A stretch of 63,906 nucleotides of DNA, filler included, from Rhabdomonas costata (GCA_019059605.1; 47 parts of 47 records of this genome joined end to end with filler, not necessarily neighbours in it); one strand, 5' to 3'; positions 12,268 through 24,528 are shown, counted from the first letter of the whole stretch. Numbers and translations: made by a program. Notes: generated by a model from the letters alone, not told the origin.

Positions 12268-12543
12268 GGTGTTGTGAAGGAGGCGAAAGAATTCAATGAG
12301 CGAGGTGAATTCACCACGGGAACCGGAATTGCATACAATTACGCATTTGGAAGCCCACCAAGGGCAAGTTCCGGTTCATTGCCGGCACAAGGTCAGGCCC
12401 GAGACCCCGAAACGCTGCCAGCAAGCCTGCTGGCCCTCCCCGACAACCCCTTTAAGAGACACACAACTCTTGCGGATCCTCCAGCACATCGACACATCGA
12501 GGACGCCCTGCTCTCTGATGACGAAAGACAGCGCTCGCGTTGA
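12268..12543 (+). CDS. Terminal exon of a hypothetical protein
   Basis: Open from the contig start to a TGA (KEAKEFNERGEFTTGTGIAYNYAFGSPP...LLSDDERQRSR*), followed by GT-microsatellite-rich 3' sequence. Confidence 0.4.
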   Translation, partial: GVVKEAKEFNERGEFTTGTGIAYNYAFGSPPRASSGSLPAQGQARDPETLPASLLALPDNPFKRHTTLADPPAHRHIEDALLSDDERQRSR

Positions 12544-13630
12544 ACTGACCCTGGGACCGAAGGGGTGGTCCAAGATGGGAAAGGGCTACGAGCCCAAGTC
12601 CCACACTGCGCAATTCTCGGGGTCCCATCCGCCCCAAGAAAGCGTGTGTGTGCGTGTGTGTGTCTGCGCGGATGGGCACGGCGCACATTCTCACCCAAAT
12701 GCCCGTCGTGTCGTCCAGCACGAACAGCAGCATCGTGAACGCACAAAAAAAAACTACAGGTGTGCAGAACAAGCTGCACAAGGACGCGCCACAGCACACC
12801 GCGCCAAGGCGCAATGTGTGTGTGTGTGTGGGTGTGTTGATGGGCACGGCGCACGCCCCACATAGTGCCTTCTTCGCCAGAGACCTAGAGCCGTTCCATT
12901 GTTTTTTGTGACGCGAGGGGACAAATTGTGACCAATCTTGCTTGTGTGAGTGCGTGCGTGTATGCGAAAATCTCAACCCAATCAAGTCAACACAAAAGGG
13001 GATGGATTGGGCACCCCCCCCCCTCCGGACAAAATTAAGAGATAACGCGTTTCCACAGGGTTCCAAAAACAGCGCGCATTTGAGAAATTAAGGGGTGTCT
13101 ATCACTTGACTAACATCCTTCATTCCGTGAGAAAATGAGGGCAGAGAAGATCGTGCAACCCCGCTTGCCGAGTTTTAAAAAGAGCGGTCTGCCAACAGAA
13201 TATCAAAGGCCTGGCCTCAAGCTTAAACGAGGAGAAACGCAAAACCACCACGGCCAGCACAAATTACTGTTACTAACGGGGAGACAGACAACAAAGTCTG
13301 GGTGTGTGTGGGGACGCTGTAGATTGGGAAGCGAGGGTAAGGCGACGACAGGGACTGAAAAGCCGTTGAGCAACAGCTGTCCAACCAGTCGACAGAACAT
13401 GAACCCTTCGCGTCATCCTTCGCGCACCCGAACGTCGACAACAGAGGGAAAAACCCGGTGCGTACTACGGGAGCGTCAGACTTCCGCTGGCTGCCCAGAG
13501 AGAGGCAGCGGCACGAAAACCACACAGCNNNNNNNNNNNNNNNNNNNNNNNNNNNNNNNNNNNNNNNNNNNNTTAATTAATTAANNNNNNNNNNNNNNNN
13601 NNNNNNNNNNNNNNNNNNNNNNNNNNNNGG

Positions 13631-14880
13631 GTTTGGGTTCCTGCTAGACCAGAGGAGTATGACGTGGAAGCGGAGGACGAAGCGTTCACAGACGCAGAGC
13701 TTCCAGAATTGGACGATGTTGTGGCAGCCGAATCAGAGCAGTACCGTACCCGTCCAGAGCCAGATCTGGAGGAGGTGAGCGAAGACGTCTAAGAGAGTGG
13801 ATTGCCCGAAGATGGCGAACAGTTTACAGAGTATCGGCCAGAGCCGTACGTGTAACCACAGGTGGTGGGGGTTTCCCCCGAATCCAGAGCTTGGGGAGAC
13901 CGTATGGCGGAGCGTTTCAGAGAGTTACAGAGGAGAGTGGATGAAAGATCTGTGCAGGCCGCAGTTCAAGGGCCCCCTGATGTGTCTCTTGATGCTTTGC
14001 GAGTACATTTTGAGGACTTTCCACAGGGTGTGATGGATGAAGAAAGTTCACAAGATGATGCTTGCGGAGAGGTAATGTTGCTTCCAATTGTAGGACGAGA
14101 CATTTGTCCAGAGTTTGGTGCGGAAGAAGAAGTGAAGTTAGAGTTGAATATTTTTATAGCGATGTTTTACAATTTTATGGTGACACTTTGCATTGATCTG
14201 TTTGCTTCAGAGAGGCATCATCAGCTATCGAGGTATTTTACAGTAGATGAGTGGTATACAGAGGCATTGGGCCATAATGCTTTTGCTTTTTTGTGGATTC
14301 CAGATGTGTGCCTGTACGCCAACCCGCCGTGGAGCGTCATCGCTCACGTGCTGGCGAAAACATGTCGGGAGAAATATCGGCTGATGCTGGTGACTCCAGA
14401 GTGGCCAGATGCACCGCGGTGCTCGACCCTGAAGGAGCTGACGGTGCGAAGCCAGCGTTGGAATGGAAGGTTGTACCTTGATTCCACAGGAATATTGATG
14501 TCAAAGCCCAGCTGGGATACGCTATGTTGTGGTAAGAGAGGTGGAAGAAGTGTAGTCAGTGGGTTTCCACATAGGTGGGTTACAATCTACCGAATCGGTA
14601 TGAGTCTTGTGCTCAGTGCTTTGATAAGTCTTCCACAGATTTGGAGAAGGTGCGAAAAGAGACTGCAGAGCTACTGAATAGTAGATGTTCTGGAGTGGTA
14701 GAAAGTACCACGAGGTGGATGAATGCAGTGCAGTGGATTTAAGATCGGTACAAGGACAGGAAAGAGAATGCAGAGATCACAAATCTAGTGGGCATTCTGG
14801 AGCAGGGAAGAGTTGAGATGTCTAAGGCTATGCAGGAGTTGAACGATTGGAGGATGGTTGCCCATGGATCTCCACAGTTA
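13631..14880 (+). mobile_element. Decayed intron-less element encoding a phage-Dam-like N6-adenine methyltransferase domain (the type carried by DIRS and some LTR retrotransposons)
   Basis: IDLFASERHHQLSRYF...ALGHNAFAFLWIPDVCLYANPPWSVIAHVLAK...LMLVTPEWPDAP (about 14190-14420) matches DLFAS...DAF...W....Y.(N/F)PP...I..VL.K.....LV.P.W. The same frame extends to the contig start through in-frame TAAs at 13790 and 13853. A frameshifted, stop-containing frame continues downstream. Confidence 0.85.
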
Positions 14881-14991
14881 CCAACCAACCCNNNNNNNNN
14901 NNNNNNNNNNNNNNNNNNNNNNNNNNNNNNNNNNNTTAATTAATTAANNNNNNNNNNNNNNNNNNNNNNNNNNNNNNNNNNNNNNNNNNNN

Positions 14992-16040
14992 CGGGGGCCG
15001 AAGCACCGCCGGCCCCATCATGCGTCGAGTCCACGGGGTGGGCCTGCTCGGCTGTGTCAGGAATCTCCTCATTCCAACCTACCCGCACATGCATACAAAA
15101 CCACTCCCTACGCCCCTACCTACGCACAGATGCTTTCTCGGCGTGTCTTTTCTCGTGGGATGAAAAACATCTCGACGCGCAGTAACACTTTTTCATCGAC
15201 CCATGCCGTTGAGAGATGAGCGCGCATCAAAGCAACGAGGAAGTTTCCGCTCCTGGATTCTATTGGCGCGTGCAAGCAGACGTGCGACCAAAAGAATGTC
15301 TCTCAAAGGAATAAAGCGATCCACGCATATTATAATCACATGCCAAGACAACAAGAGAGAGGGGGTATTTTAAGACCCCAAAGGTACGCACAAGCACCTT
15401 CTGCGCCTTGGTCCCACCCACCGGTCTCGTCATAGCCACCGCCTTCAGCACTGTGCGTATGTGTGCATGGCGGTGCACATGTTGTTTCGACAACTAAAAC
15501 CGAACCCCCCTTTTGATTTAAAAAAAAAACAGGTAAATGACGGGTAGAGGTAGTGCTGCCTGGCTTTCCTTTTTTTTTTTTTGCTGAAATGCGTGCATGC
15601 GTGTGTTTGGGAATCGACCGTGATTGTGTGTAAGGAGGAGAGGTCTCGGGGACTCGATCAAAACCAATTTTACCGAAAAACGTCATATCGCATTCTACCG
15701 TTCACGTTAAAACCATAAAAGTTAACTCGCCCTTCCCCCCGTGGTCCGGACTCCCCACTGCCGCGCCGCCTGAAAATCTTACAATAGCCAACCAAATGAA
15801 AAACTGACAATTCAGAAGCAAGACCGTACAATAGAAGGTCTAACTGCCGGGTAGGGGGGGCCTGAAAAAGGAAGGCTAGCCCCCTCCCCTCCGGTGAAAA
15901 AAACTGAAACCGATACCGTGCAACATTGCCTTGGCAGGACCACAGAAATAGACGCAGTGGAAGGGTTCACAGAAGAGGAGGCAAGGGGGCGGGCAAGGCA
16001 TCTCTTGAACACACTCGTAGTAGTCGTACTCCCCATACTC
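14992..16040 (-). CDS. Acidic Tyr/Gly/Trp-rich low-complexity protein, 3 exons
   Basis: Exons 16040-16015, 15450-15398 and 15078-14992 join in phase over GT-AG introns: EYGEYDYYDAEGGGYDETGGWDQGAEGWNEEIPDTAEQAHPVD. Confidence 0.55.
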
Positions 16041-16353
16041 CTGCGCGGGACAGCAATCAAGTGAGGTGAAAGCTTTACAATCCATCCAACTCTCTTGTTC
16101 CAACCAACATCCATAAAAACTTGGTAAAAATCACCGTGAACCGCGCATGGTGCATGCTTTTCCCGCATGCTTTCCCATCTCCCTTGCATTTTTTTTACGT
16201 ATATTCCCCGATTCCCTCTCTACATTTTCCGACAAAACGCACGTGCCCACCCCNNNNNNNNNNNNNNNNNNNNNNNNNNNNNNNNNNNNNNNNNNNNTTA
16301 ATTAATTAANNNNNNNNNNNNNNNNNNNNNNNNNNNNNNNNNNNNNNNNNNNN

Positions 16354-17616
16354 TGTAGTTGGTGTCGTACGGTTAGGCGTAGGGTTAGGCGTAGGGTTTG
16401 GTGTTACGGTTGGTGCGAAGGGTATGTTGGTTGCGTAGGGTGTGTTGGTCGTTGCGTTGGTGGTAGCGTTGGTTGTAGCGTGTTGTGGAGTCGTAGTCGT
16501 TGGTGCTGATGCTGTAGGGGTTCGTGGTGTGGTTGGAGCTGGTGCGTTGGAGGTTGATACGTTGGATGTTGATGCTGCTGGTGCGTTAGATGTTGATGGT
16601 GCTTGCGTTCGTAATGGCTGTTGCGTTGGGTGGTTGACTGGTGTTGATGTCGCTGCTGTGTGTTCTTAGCTCTCTGTCTCAGGGTCTGTCTCAGAGTCTG
16701 TCTCAACCATGCTCGCTGCTACCATGCTCACTGCTACCATGCTCTCATGCTTCGTAACCATGCTCTCTTGCTTTGTAACCATGCTCTCTGTAGCCATGCT
16801 CCCTCTGTCTCTGTTCCTGCTGTTGTGTTGGTTGGTGCGTAGGGTGTGATGTTCATGGGGTTCATGGGTTAGGCATCGAAGCATGGGTCTGAGCGTAGCG
16901 AGGGAGTCATGCGTAGAAGGAAACCAGGAAGGCACCGCAGGTAGAAGACAGAACCCCTCACCTACCCTTCACAGCTGGTTGGATGCTGACACACATAGCC
17001 TAACTCACCACATGCACTGAACCCCTCAACCCACACCCCTCCACAGAAACAAGAACGTGACTCTGAGACAATGAACCCCGACAACCATCAACACGTGAAG
17101 CCATTGCACCATCCTTACACACACACTCCGACAGACTCAGCTTGGCATCAGAAACATGGACCATCTCACTCTCACCACACCCCTCGACACAAACACAGCC
17201 TCCAACTCCAACACGTAACCCAACACGTAACTCTGACACCCTCCATACGTCCTCAGAAACACAGCCCTCACCCTCCACACACAGAAGCGTTACAGAAGCA
17301 GCACTGTCACCAACATCACCAAGTACACCATTAGCGCTAGAAACCATCACGTCACCAACCCTCACGTCACCAACCCTCACAGCCCCAGCCCCAGAACTCC
17401 ACGCAGCACCTTCCAACATCCCTCGACACACGGAAGCAAGCACACCATCAAGCACAACATCAACGCGAACATCAACGCTACCCTCCACATACACCGTACC
17501 AGCCCACCACACCAACCACATCCAACGCACTAGAAACATAGAGCATGGTTGAAGGAATCGTAACACACACTGAAGGAACAGACATAGCAGCGTAAACCCA
17601 GCACTCCACCACAGCA
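16354..17616. repeat. Bipartite strand-skewed segment (G/T-rich arm, GAGCGTAGCG hinge, A/C-rich arm); family member 2
   Basis: G/T-rich from 16354 to ~16880, GAGCGTAGCG at 16891-16900, A/C-rich from ~16990 to 17616. Six ACCATGCTC-like tandem units at 16706-16801, and the same word inverted at 17541-17551. Confidence 0.75.
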
Positions 17617-18638
17617 NNNNNNNNNNNNNNNNNNNNNNNNNNNNNNNNNNNNNNNNNNNNTTAATTAATTAANNNNNNNNNNNNNNNNNNNNNNNNNNNN
17701 NNNNNNNNNNNNNNNNGGGGGGGGGGGAAAGGGAGGGGGAAAAAAAGAAGGGAAGAAGGAAAGAAAAAGGGGGAGAAAGGGGGGGGGGGGGGAAAGGGAA
17801 GAGAAAAAGGAAGGAGGGGGGGGGAGGGGGAAGGGGGGGGGGGGAAGAAAGGAAAAGGGGGGGGGGAGTGCAGGAAAGAGAGCACGAACAGAAGAGCAAT
17901 CAAGCGGAATCAGCGGAAAGCAAGTGGTCAATGTGCCTGGTGGTCGGTGTGGCTGGGGGTGACGTGGGGAAGAAAAGAACGAAGAATCGGGGTCTGACAC
18001 CGTCTGGAAAGGGGCGGGAACACCAAGACGAACACCATTCGAAATTACTCTAATTAAACCCTTGATGACCTTAGTGGGCCATGTTGTTCGAGAGTTCGCG
18101 CGGAAATTTTTCCCGTGCTGCGTAGCGTTGGGTTTCTTTTTATCTTTCTCCTTCACCTGTGGCCGTTCTTTTGAGGTTGTTGTGTTTTTTGACGTGATGG
18201 GAATGAAGTGGGGTGTCTCCACCCCCAAGGAAGCAAAGCACAAGAATGGCACCACTGAATCCAAGAAGAAGAAGAAGTCCAGCAAGAAGGTGTTTGCCTT
18301 CTATGTGTTCCCTTTTGCTGCATACTCACCTTGCCAAACCCCCTCCGCGGTTTTTTGTGCAAAGCATGTTGATGGAATGCTGATCAAGGACATCGACATA
18401 AATTGGCGCACATTGTTGGGTCTTTTGACTTGCAAACAAAAAGCAAGGACGCTGGGTAATATTTCCACGGGCTAACAGTGATGGACACCTGAGAAAGACC
18501 CGGAAAGGCGAGGGATAAGGAAAGGCTGGATCGCTCTGCAAACTGAGCGACAACAGGTGCAGAAAAGGAACCTTTCTGTTTTGTGCTGTGGCAGTGGCTG
18601 TCAGTAATAGTGGGTTTAAGGGGCTGGTGCAGCTGTCA

Positions 18639-18646
18639 TGTGTGCG

Positions 18647-18678
<32 letters not shown>

Positions 18679-18710
18679 CGTGTGTGTGTGTGTGCGTGTG
18701 TGTGTGTGTG
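18639..18710. repeat. (GT)n microsatellite with GC interruptions
   Basis: Directly visible. Confidence 0.95.
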
Positions 18711-21700
18711 TTGTCGTTTACTTGAGGGACATGAGGAGAGTAGCAAAACAGAAAACCGCAAAACCGAAACAAAAGATGAATGAATGCGGGAGCACGGCTT
18801 CCAAAGCGAATTTAGCGATTGCAGACAACCTTCGACACTGAGATTACACTATGCGGTGGCGCTTCAGATCCTCTGAAAAGTGCTGCCTATAAAGAGACAT
18901 TGAAATTTCGCACAAATAATGGACCATCAAATTATGAAACGGTCGGTGACTTTCGACCCGATCGGAAGAAACAAAACAAANNNNNNNNNNNNNNNNNNNN
19001 NNNNNNNNNNNNNNNNNNNNNNNNTTAATTAATTAANNNNNNNNNNNNNNNNNNNNNNNNNNNNNNNNNNNNNNNNNNNNTGTTTTGTGTGTCCAAAGAA
19101 ACTGTTTCTAACCCTCCTCCTCCTCCTGCCATTGTTGTGTTCTCTAAAGGATTCCTGTGCGGAATAACCCCTCTGTTCCCTTGCAGTACCTTTCTAACCA
19201 CCCCGTGCGCCCCGTGCCATTTTGGTGGCACCCTTTCCTTTCAGCAGCGCTTTTGTGCATTGGTTCCTTTTTGTGCGGTGCACGCCAAAGAACCCATTCA
19301 TTCAGACCACCACAGCCATCACCTCCATTGCCTTCCCGGACGCTCATTTGTCGACGGCAGGGCCTTCGCTTTTGTTCGTCCGCTCGGGAGTGACTCTTCT
19401 TAGGAATGGGCTGTTCATCACCTTTGCTGAGCTTTCTCCTTTTTCTTTCGGTCCTGACCTTTGGGTGTTGCCACCCTGGCGTTCTGCTTTTCGCTCCCGC
19501 TGTCTGCAGCTTTCGAACGGAGTCCCACAAAAGAAACGTGCAGCCAAAGTTTGATTCATGCTCTCAGTGCTTTGGAACGCCCACCGCAAGTGTGCACCGG
19601 TGCGGCTTGAGTTGTTTCTTCAGGTTTCAGGTTTTATGTTTCGAGGTTTTATTTTTCCATTTCTTTTTTCATTTCTTTTGTCGGTGTGCGCGATCCCAGT
19701 GTCTGAAGTGGCACTGGCGAAGGGCCACAAGTGAGGGGCCGGAAAGGCGCTGGCGATACGCCAGAGTGAGTTGGTACTCGCGATAGTCACGGCTTTTGAG
19801 CAAGACGGCTTGGGATCACCAGCTGCATTCCCATCAGACAATGCTCTGTACTTGAGTGTGTGGGTGTGCCTGTGCCCTTGTGCCAGCAGTGTGGCTCTGT
19901 GTTGCTTTTGATGAGGGTGTCCTCGATCCACGCTTGTGGATGTGTGCAGTGCCAGCCCAAAGAGGTTGGCAGCGGTGTATAGTTTGTGACTGCAACCGTG
20001 CGTCTGGATGTGCACTCTACGGCCTTTCGAAAACCACCACCCAAGGAATCTTTTGTGCATTGCCATTCCTTTCCGAAGCGACTGCCATGCCGTCATGAGG
20101 GTGCATGGGCGCCTTCATCGCGATCAAGCGTTCATCCACTGCTCTCTGTATGCACTTGCGTGACAATTTCTCTGTGTGTATGAGGAGTGCTTTTCTTTCA
20201 ACGTGCGCTTTCTAGCAGCCGAATACGACTCTCATCTCACCGCAGTACATTCAGTTTTGGGTTTTGTGTGCTCCGCAGCCTCATTTAGTAAGAAGGGGAA
20301 GGGAAAATGGAAGGGAAATGGAAGGTAACGGAAGGAAAATGANNNNNNNNNNNNNNNNNNNNNNNNNNNNNNNNNNNNNNNNNNNNTTAATTAATTAANN
20401 NNNNNNNNNNNNNNNNNNNNNNNNNNNNNNNNNNNNNNNNNNTGTATACACACTCGCGGTGACCGTTCACACGTCACCGCGAGTGTGTATATACCAAAGC
20501 CACAGCACACTGCAGGTTTGGAGGGGAAGCAATGTGGGAAGGGTCAGATCTGGGAACATCTGTTGGGCAATGCATCGCTTTGCCCAATTCCGGTGTGTGG
20601 CTGTTTGCGTGCGTGCGTTTGCATGTCAAGTGTGGTGAGAGGTCCTGACTGACAAAGTCAAAGTGTGGACCCGACCTCAGCTAGGATGTTGAGGACCACC
20701 ACATGGCAGCATGCTTGCCGCGCAGTGATTGTAGGGTTTGCTGGTCGTGGTAGTGTTTATGTGCGTGTATGCGCGTGTTTGCGTCCGGATGACTTTCCAC
20801 TCACGCTTTCCGTTTTACTTACTGTGGGTGCACTCATCTCCATTCTCCTCCTCCCCGCTCCCCGATGCCTTCTCTTGGCCTCCTTTGCGGATATATTGCT
20901 CTCCCCATTTCCGGTTTACGTTTGGGTGCTGCCCTTTGGTGAGTGAACGTGCACAGTTTCTCCAGCAAGCACAACCCCAGCTCCCACCCCTGCAACCCAC
21001 ACACCTTACTCCATGCCATTTCACACTGGGGATGGCGAGGAAATGGAATTGCTTGGCTGTTAAACTCTTTGCAGTGATGGGTCTTTGCTGTCTTCCTGTC
21101 CGTGCTGCCAGTCTCTTGCCTGTGGCTGTAGCGACGCAGGGCATTTGGAGGGGGCTTGCTGGTCCTTGCGATCCTCACGTGGCTAATGAGCTTCAAAAAA
21201 CAGAAGACAGCGTTGTTTTTTTTTACGGGGGGTTCACGCTACCCACAGCTGCCTCTATCGTCCTAGTTTGTAACCTGAAAAAATATTGGTGAATGGGAAA
21301 TGACGAAAATTCCTGACGCATTGATTGTGCTTCTTTCCTTTGTTAGGAGGGGGGGGTTGTCCCACCGCATTGGAGGAGTTCATGTATCAGGCTGTTTTGT
21401 AATGAATGTCTGCAAAATGTTTCAACTGCTGCTTGAAAAAAAGAAAAGAATAAAAAAACAAAAGACAACACCAGTCGGAGAGAGTAATGCGGGCATCTTG
21501 GAAGTCTGAAGCTGCGGTTGAATTCGGGAAGTGCGGGAATTCTGTTGAATTCGGGAAGTGCGTGCCGATACGTGTGTGTGTGTGTGTTGTGTGGGGTATT
21601 GTCAGCCTCTCTCTCTCCTGCATTGTCTTTGTTTCCCTTTTCCGTGTTCCTTCGCCTTTCACCTCCGCTCCCGCGTTCTTTGCATTTCCCTGTTTTTTCT

Positions 21701-22568
21701 GCTTNNNNNNNNNNNNNNNNNNNNNNNNNNNNNNNNNNNNNNNNNNNNTTAATTAATTAANNNNNNNNNNNNNNNNNNNNNNNNNNNNNNNNNNNNNNNN
21801 NNNNAAGAATCATAAATTGAGTGTGTGTGCGAGGGACCTGGAAAGAGCGATAGGTCGGAAACTTTTCACGGCGACGAAACGAAACGAATCTGATCTCACG
21901 AAGTACTTTCACAGAGCAGTCGAGTCGAACAATGATCATCGCGCAGCAAAAGATAACGAAATAAAAATTGAAAGAGAAAGTTGTGGAAGAGTACCCGCAG
22001 CGACAGGCGGAGGTGGGGGAGGCAGCGAGGCTCTCGCGCTCACCGGCGGAGGCTGCAGTACAAACCCAAATCCGTTGCCCAAAAAGGGCAATGCATGAAA
22101 TAAATCACAGCAGCCACATGCATGAAACAGGTAACGCTCAACTGTGCCCATATTCCATTCCGAAGCTGAGTAGATATCAATAGTTTATGTTTTCTCAGGT
22201 TTCAACGGTACAATAGCTGATGACAACCAAATGAAATGTCACACAAATACACACGCGCACGCTCACTCACCCTGCTGTTGGGTTGCCCGCGGCTTTCCTC
22301 AATGGCAGCCTGCAAAAAACGTAATGGGGGAATCAAAAACCCGCAAACGGAATGAAAACCGCGGAATAGAAACTCAGCCGACGTACGCAATGCACCGTCT
22401 GCGCCTTGTTGCATCTCAGCATCTTCGGGAGTCTTACCTTCGATCCACCAGCCCAAAGACGCGTCATGCAGACCAACACAATGATTTCTCTGCCCCATAA
22501 CCACCATACATATTAGTTAATTGGGCATAGATACTTGCCGTGGGGAGGAGAAAAAACCAAACACGCAC

Positions 22569-22628
22569 CAGACGCTGCTCCACTTCTGCCAGGCGTTGCT
22601 CCGCCCCGCCAAGCATCTCCCGGTATTC
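22569..22628 (-). CDS. Isolated coiled-coil exon of a hypothetical protein
   Basis: CAG|EYREMLGGAEQRLAEVEQRL|GTGCGT; 60 nt, phase 0/0. Confidence 0.4.
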
Positions 22629-24066
22629 CTGCGAATGCGCGCGAGCTCTTCTTTTTATGCGCGTCAGAAACGTAAACGAAAACAATAACGGAAACGGAAA
22701 ACGGGAAACGGAAAACGAAAAATGGAAAACGGGAAACGGGAACGCGCAGGCGCCAAATACGTCGAACAGGATCCGCCTTCTTTTATAGCCTTGTTGTCAA
22801 TCCGTCCGTTCCGTTCAATCTGTTCTCAATCTATAAATACGATGATGTTGTCGATATGCGACTATCGCGGGTTTCGCGCCTTCGGGTGCAGGCTTGACAA
22901 GACTCGGAAAGGAAGGCGGGCGGGAGCTTGGGTGACCTAATTTTGTGCAGTTCTTGTGTGCGCACCGGGGACAGAAACCAGCCGCACAGGCCCTTTGCCT
23001 TACATACTTGATATGGTGCAGGTTTTTGTGTTACACTGAGGTCCTTCCGTTTTGCTACCAAAAACANNNNNNNNNNNNNNNNNNNNNNNNNNNNNNNNNN
23101 NNNNNNNNNNTTAATTAATTAANNNNNNNNNNNNNNNNNNNNNNNNNNNNNNNNNNNNNNNNNNNNTTTTGAAAAAGTCCAAAGCTGTGCGAAGACATGG
23201 AAAACTAATTCAGTAGAATGCGGCACCTCTTTTACCACTGGGTCTGGTGGAACTGTTGTGATATATGGGGAAGTCTCATCGAGATTGTGGGAGTTTGCGT
23301 TCAACCGTGTGTTTTGCGTGCCTTGGGGCCCACTGGGCTCGTTCTCCTCATCCGGTAACATTTTGAAATGGAATGGATTTCTTCTGAGATACTTTTTTGC
23401 AGGGCTCGTCGTTGCATGATTTTGTTATTGACTTTGTTATTGCCGACGTGGTTCTGTCCTGAGCTTCCTGGCGTTTTCAAATTTCTGGGTTGTCTGCGAG
23501 ACGCGTTTTTAAACATTTCTTTTTAAAACGTTGATCTGTTGTACAGCTAAGATTCGGAAAGGGCCATCCCCCGAGGGGAAGCCGCTGTGGGTGGATCACG
23601 CCGCGAAGCTCAACGGTGGGGTGTGTTTCCCCCGAGAGTGGGGTCTGCTGAAGAGCTTTGTCCCTAAATTAATTCCCAATTTCAGCGAGGGCTGTTCTTG
23701 TGCTTTCCCCGTAGTGTGGGAGTGATGAGATTCAATTTCACATATTTCACAAGTTTTTTTTGTGTGGCTTTTTATTGGCAGTGTTCTTTTGACCTGTGGT
23801 GTGCCTCTGGTTTCTGCTCAGCGTCGATTCTATTGTATTTTTCACCGTGCAATTAATTGATGGGAAGCGACGATGCCTCTGTGGCGGAAAATACGCCTCA
23901 CACAACGGCGCACGTAGGACAGAGCTGTGGAGAGGCTTACGGGAAGCGTCAACGGCACTGCAAGTGGGCTGGGTTCTGCTTATGCGTTAGGGTTGCGTGG
24001 CCGCAGTCATATGTGTCGTCGTTGACGTAAACGTCGTTTTTGTGTGCGTATTTGTGTATGTTGGGT

Positions 24067-24311
24067 GGGGGGAGCACCCAGCACAAGTGGTCCCCGGTAT
24101 AAGTGGTACCCGACCAAAGCCAAAAATTATGAAGTGGTCTGATATTAATTACCTATGATCTTGGGCATGCTGGATTTCGCAGCTTCCATGGGAATCCCAG
24201 GGGGCAGATGCATCGCCGCCGTATCATTCACCGTCAGATCAGACTTTGTGAAAACAGGCGATACCGAATACCACTGGAACCGGGTACCACTGGTGCCAGG
24301 TAACCCCCCCC
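24067..24311. mobile_element. MITE-like element with about 45-bp imperfect terminal inverted repeats
   Basis: Left end GGGGGAGCACCCAGCACAAGTGGTCCCCGGTATAAGTGGTACCCG; reverse complement of right end GGGGGTTACCTGGCACCAGTGGTACCCGGTTCCAGTGGTATTCG. Each arm holds two AGTGGT(A/C)-core subrepeats 16 nt apart. No coding capacity; target-site duplication not clear. Confidence 0.65.
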
Positions 24312-24528
24312 TCCACTATTATGCAAAGAGTTCGTCAAAAGAAGCCTTTTCATGAAACCACCGTCATTATTCACGGCTTTCACCACAACTGCACTACTCT
24401 TTCTTGGCGATTCTCCGGCTACCCCCCCNNNNNNNNNNNNNNNNNNNNNNNNNNNNNNNNNNNNNNNNNNNNTTAATTAATTAANNNNNNNNNNNNNNNN
24501 NNNNNNNNNNNNNNNNNNNNNNNNNNNN

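Noticed and set aside
17717-17866. 150-nt pure G/A tract (G-quadruplex or triplex candidate; Pro/Phe-rich ORFs)
   Set aside because: Starts at a contig end after poly-G and looks like a low-quality read tail.
21517-21563. Local duplication GTTGAATTCGGGAAGTGCG x2 (also GATGGGCACGGCGCAC x2 near 12670/12840 and GGAAAC-like runs at 22690-22742)
   Set aside because: Two-copy or simple slippage repeats with no spacer array or associated genes.
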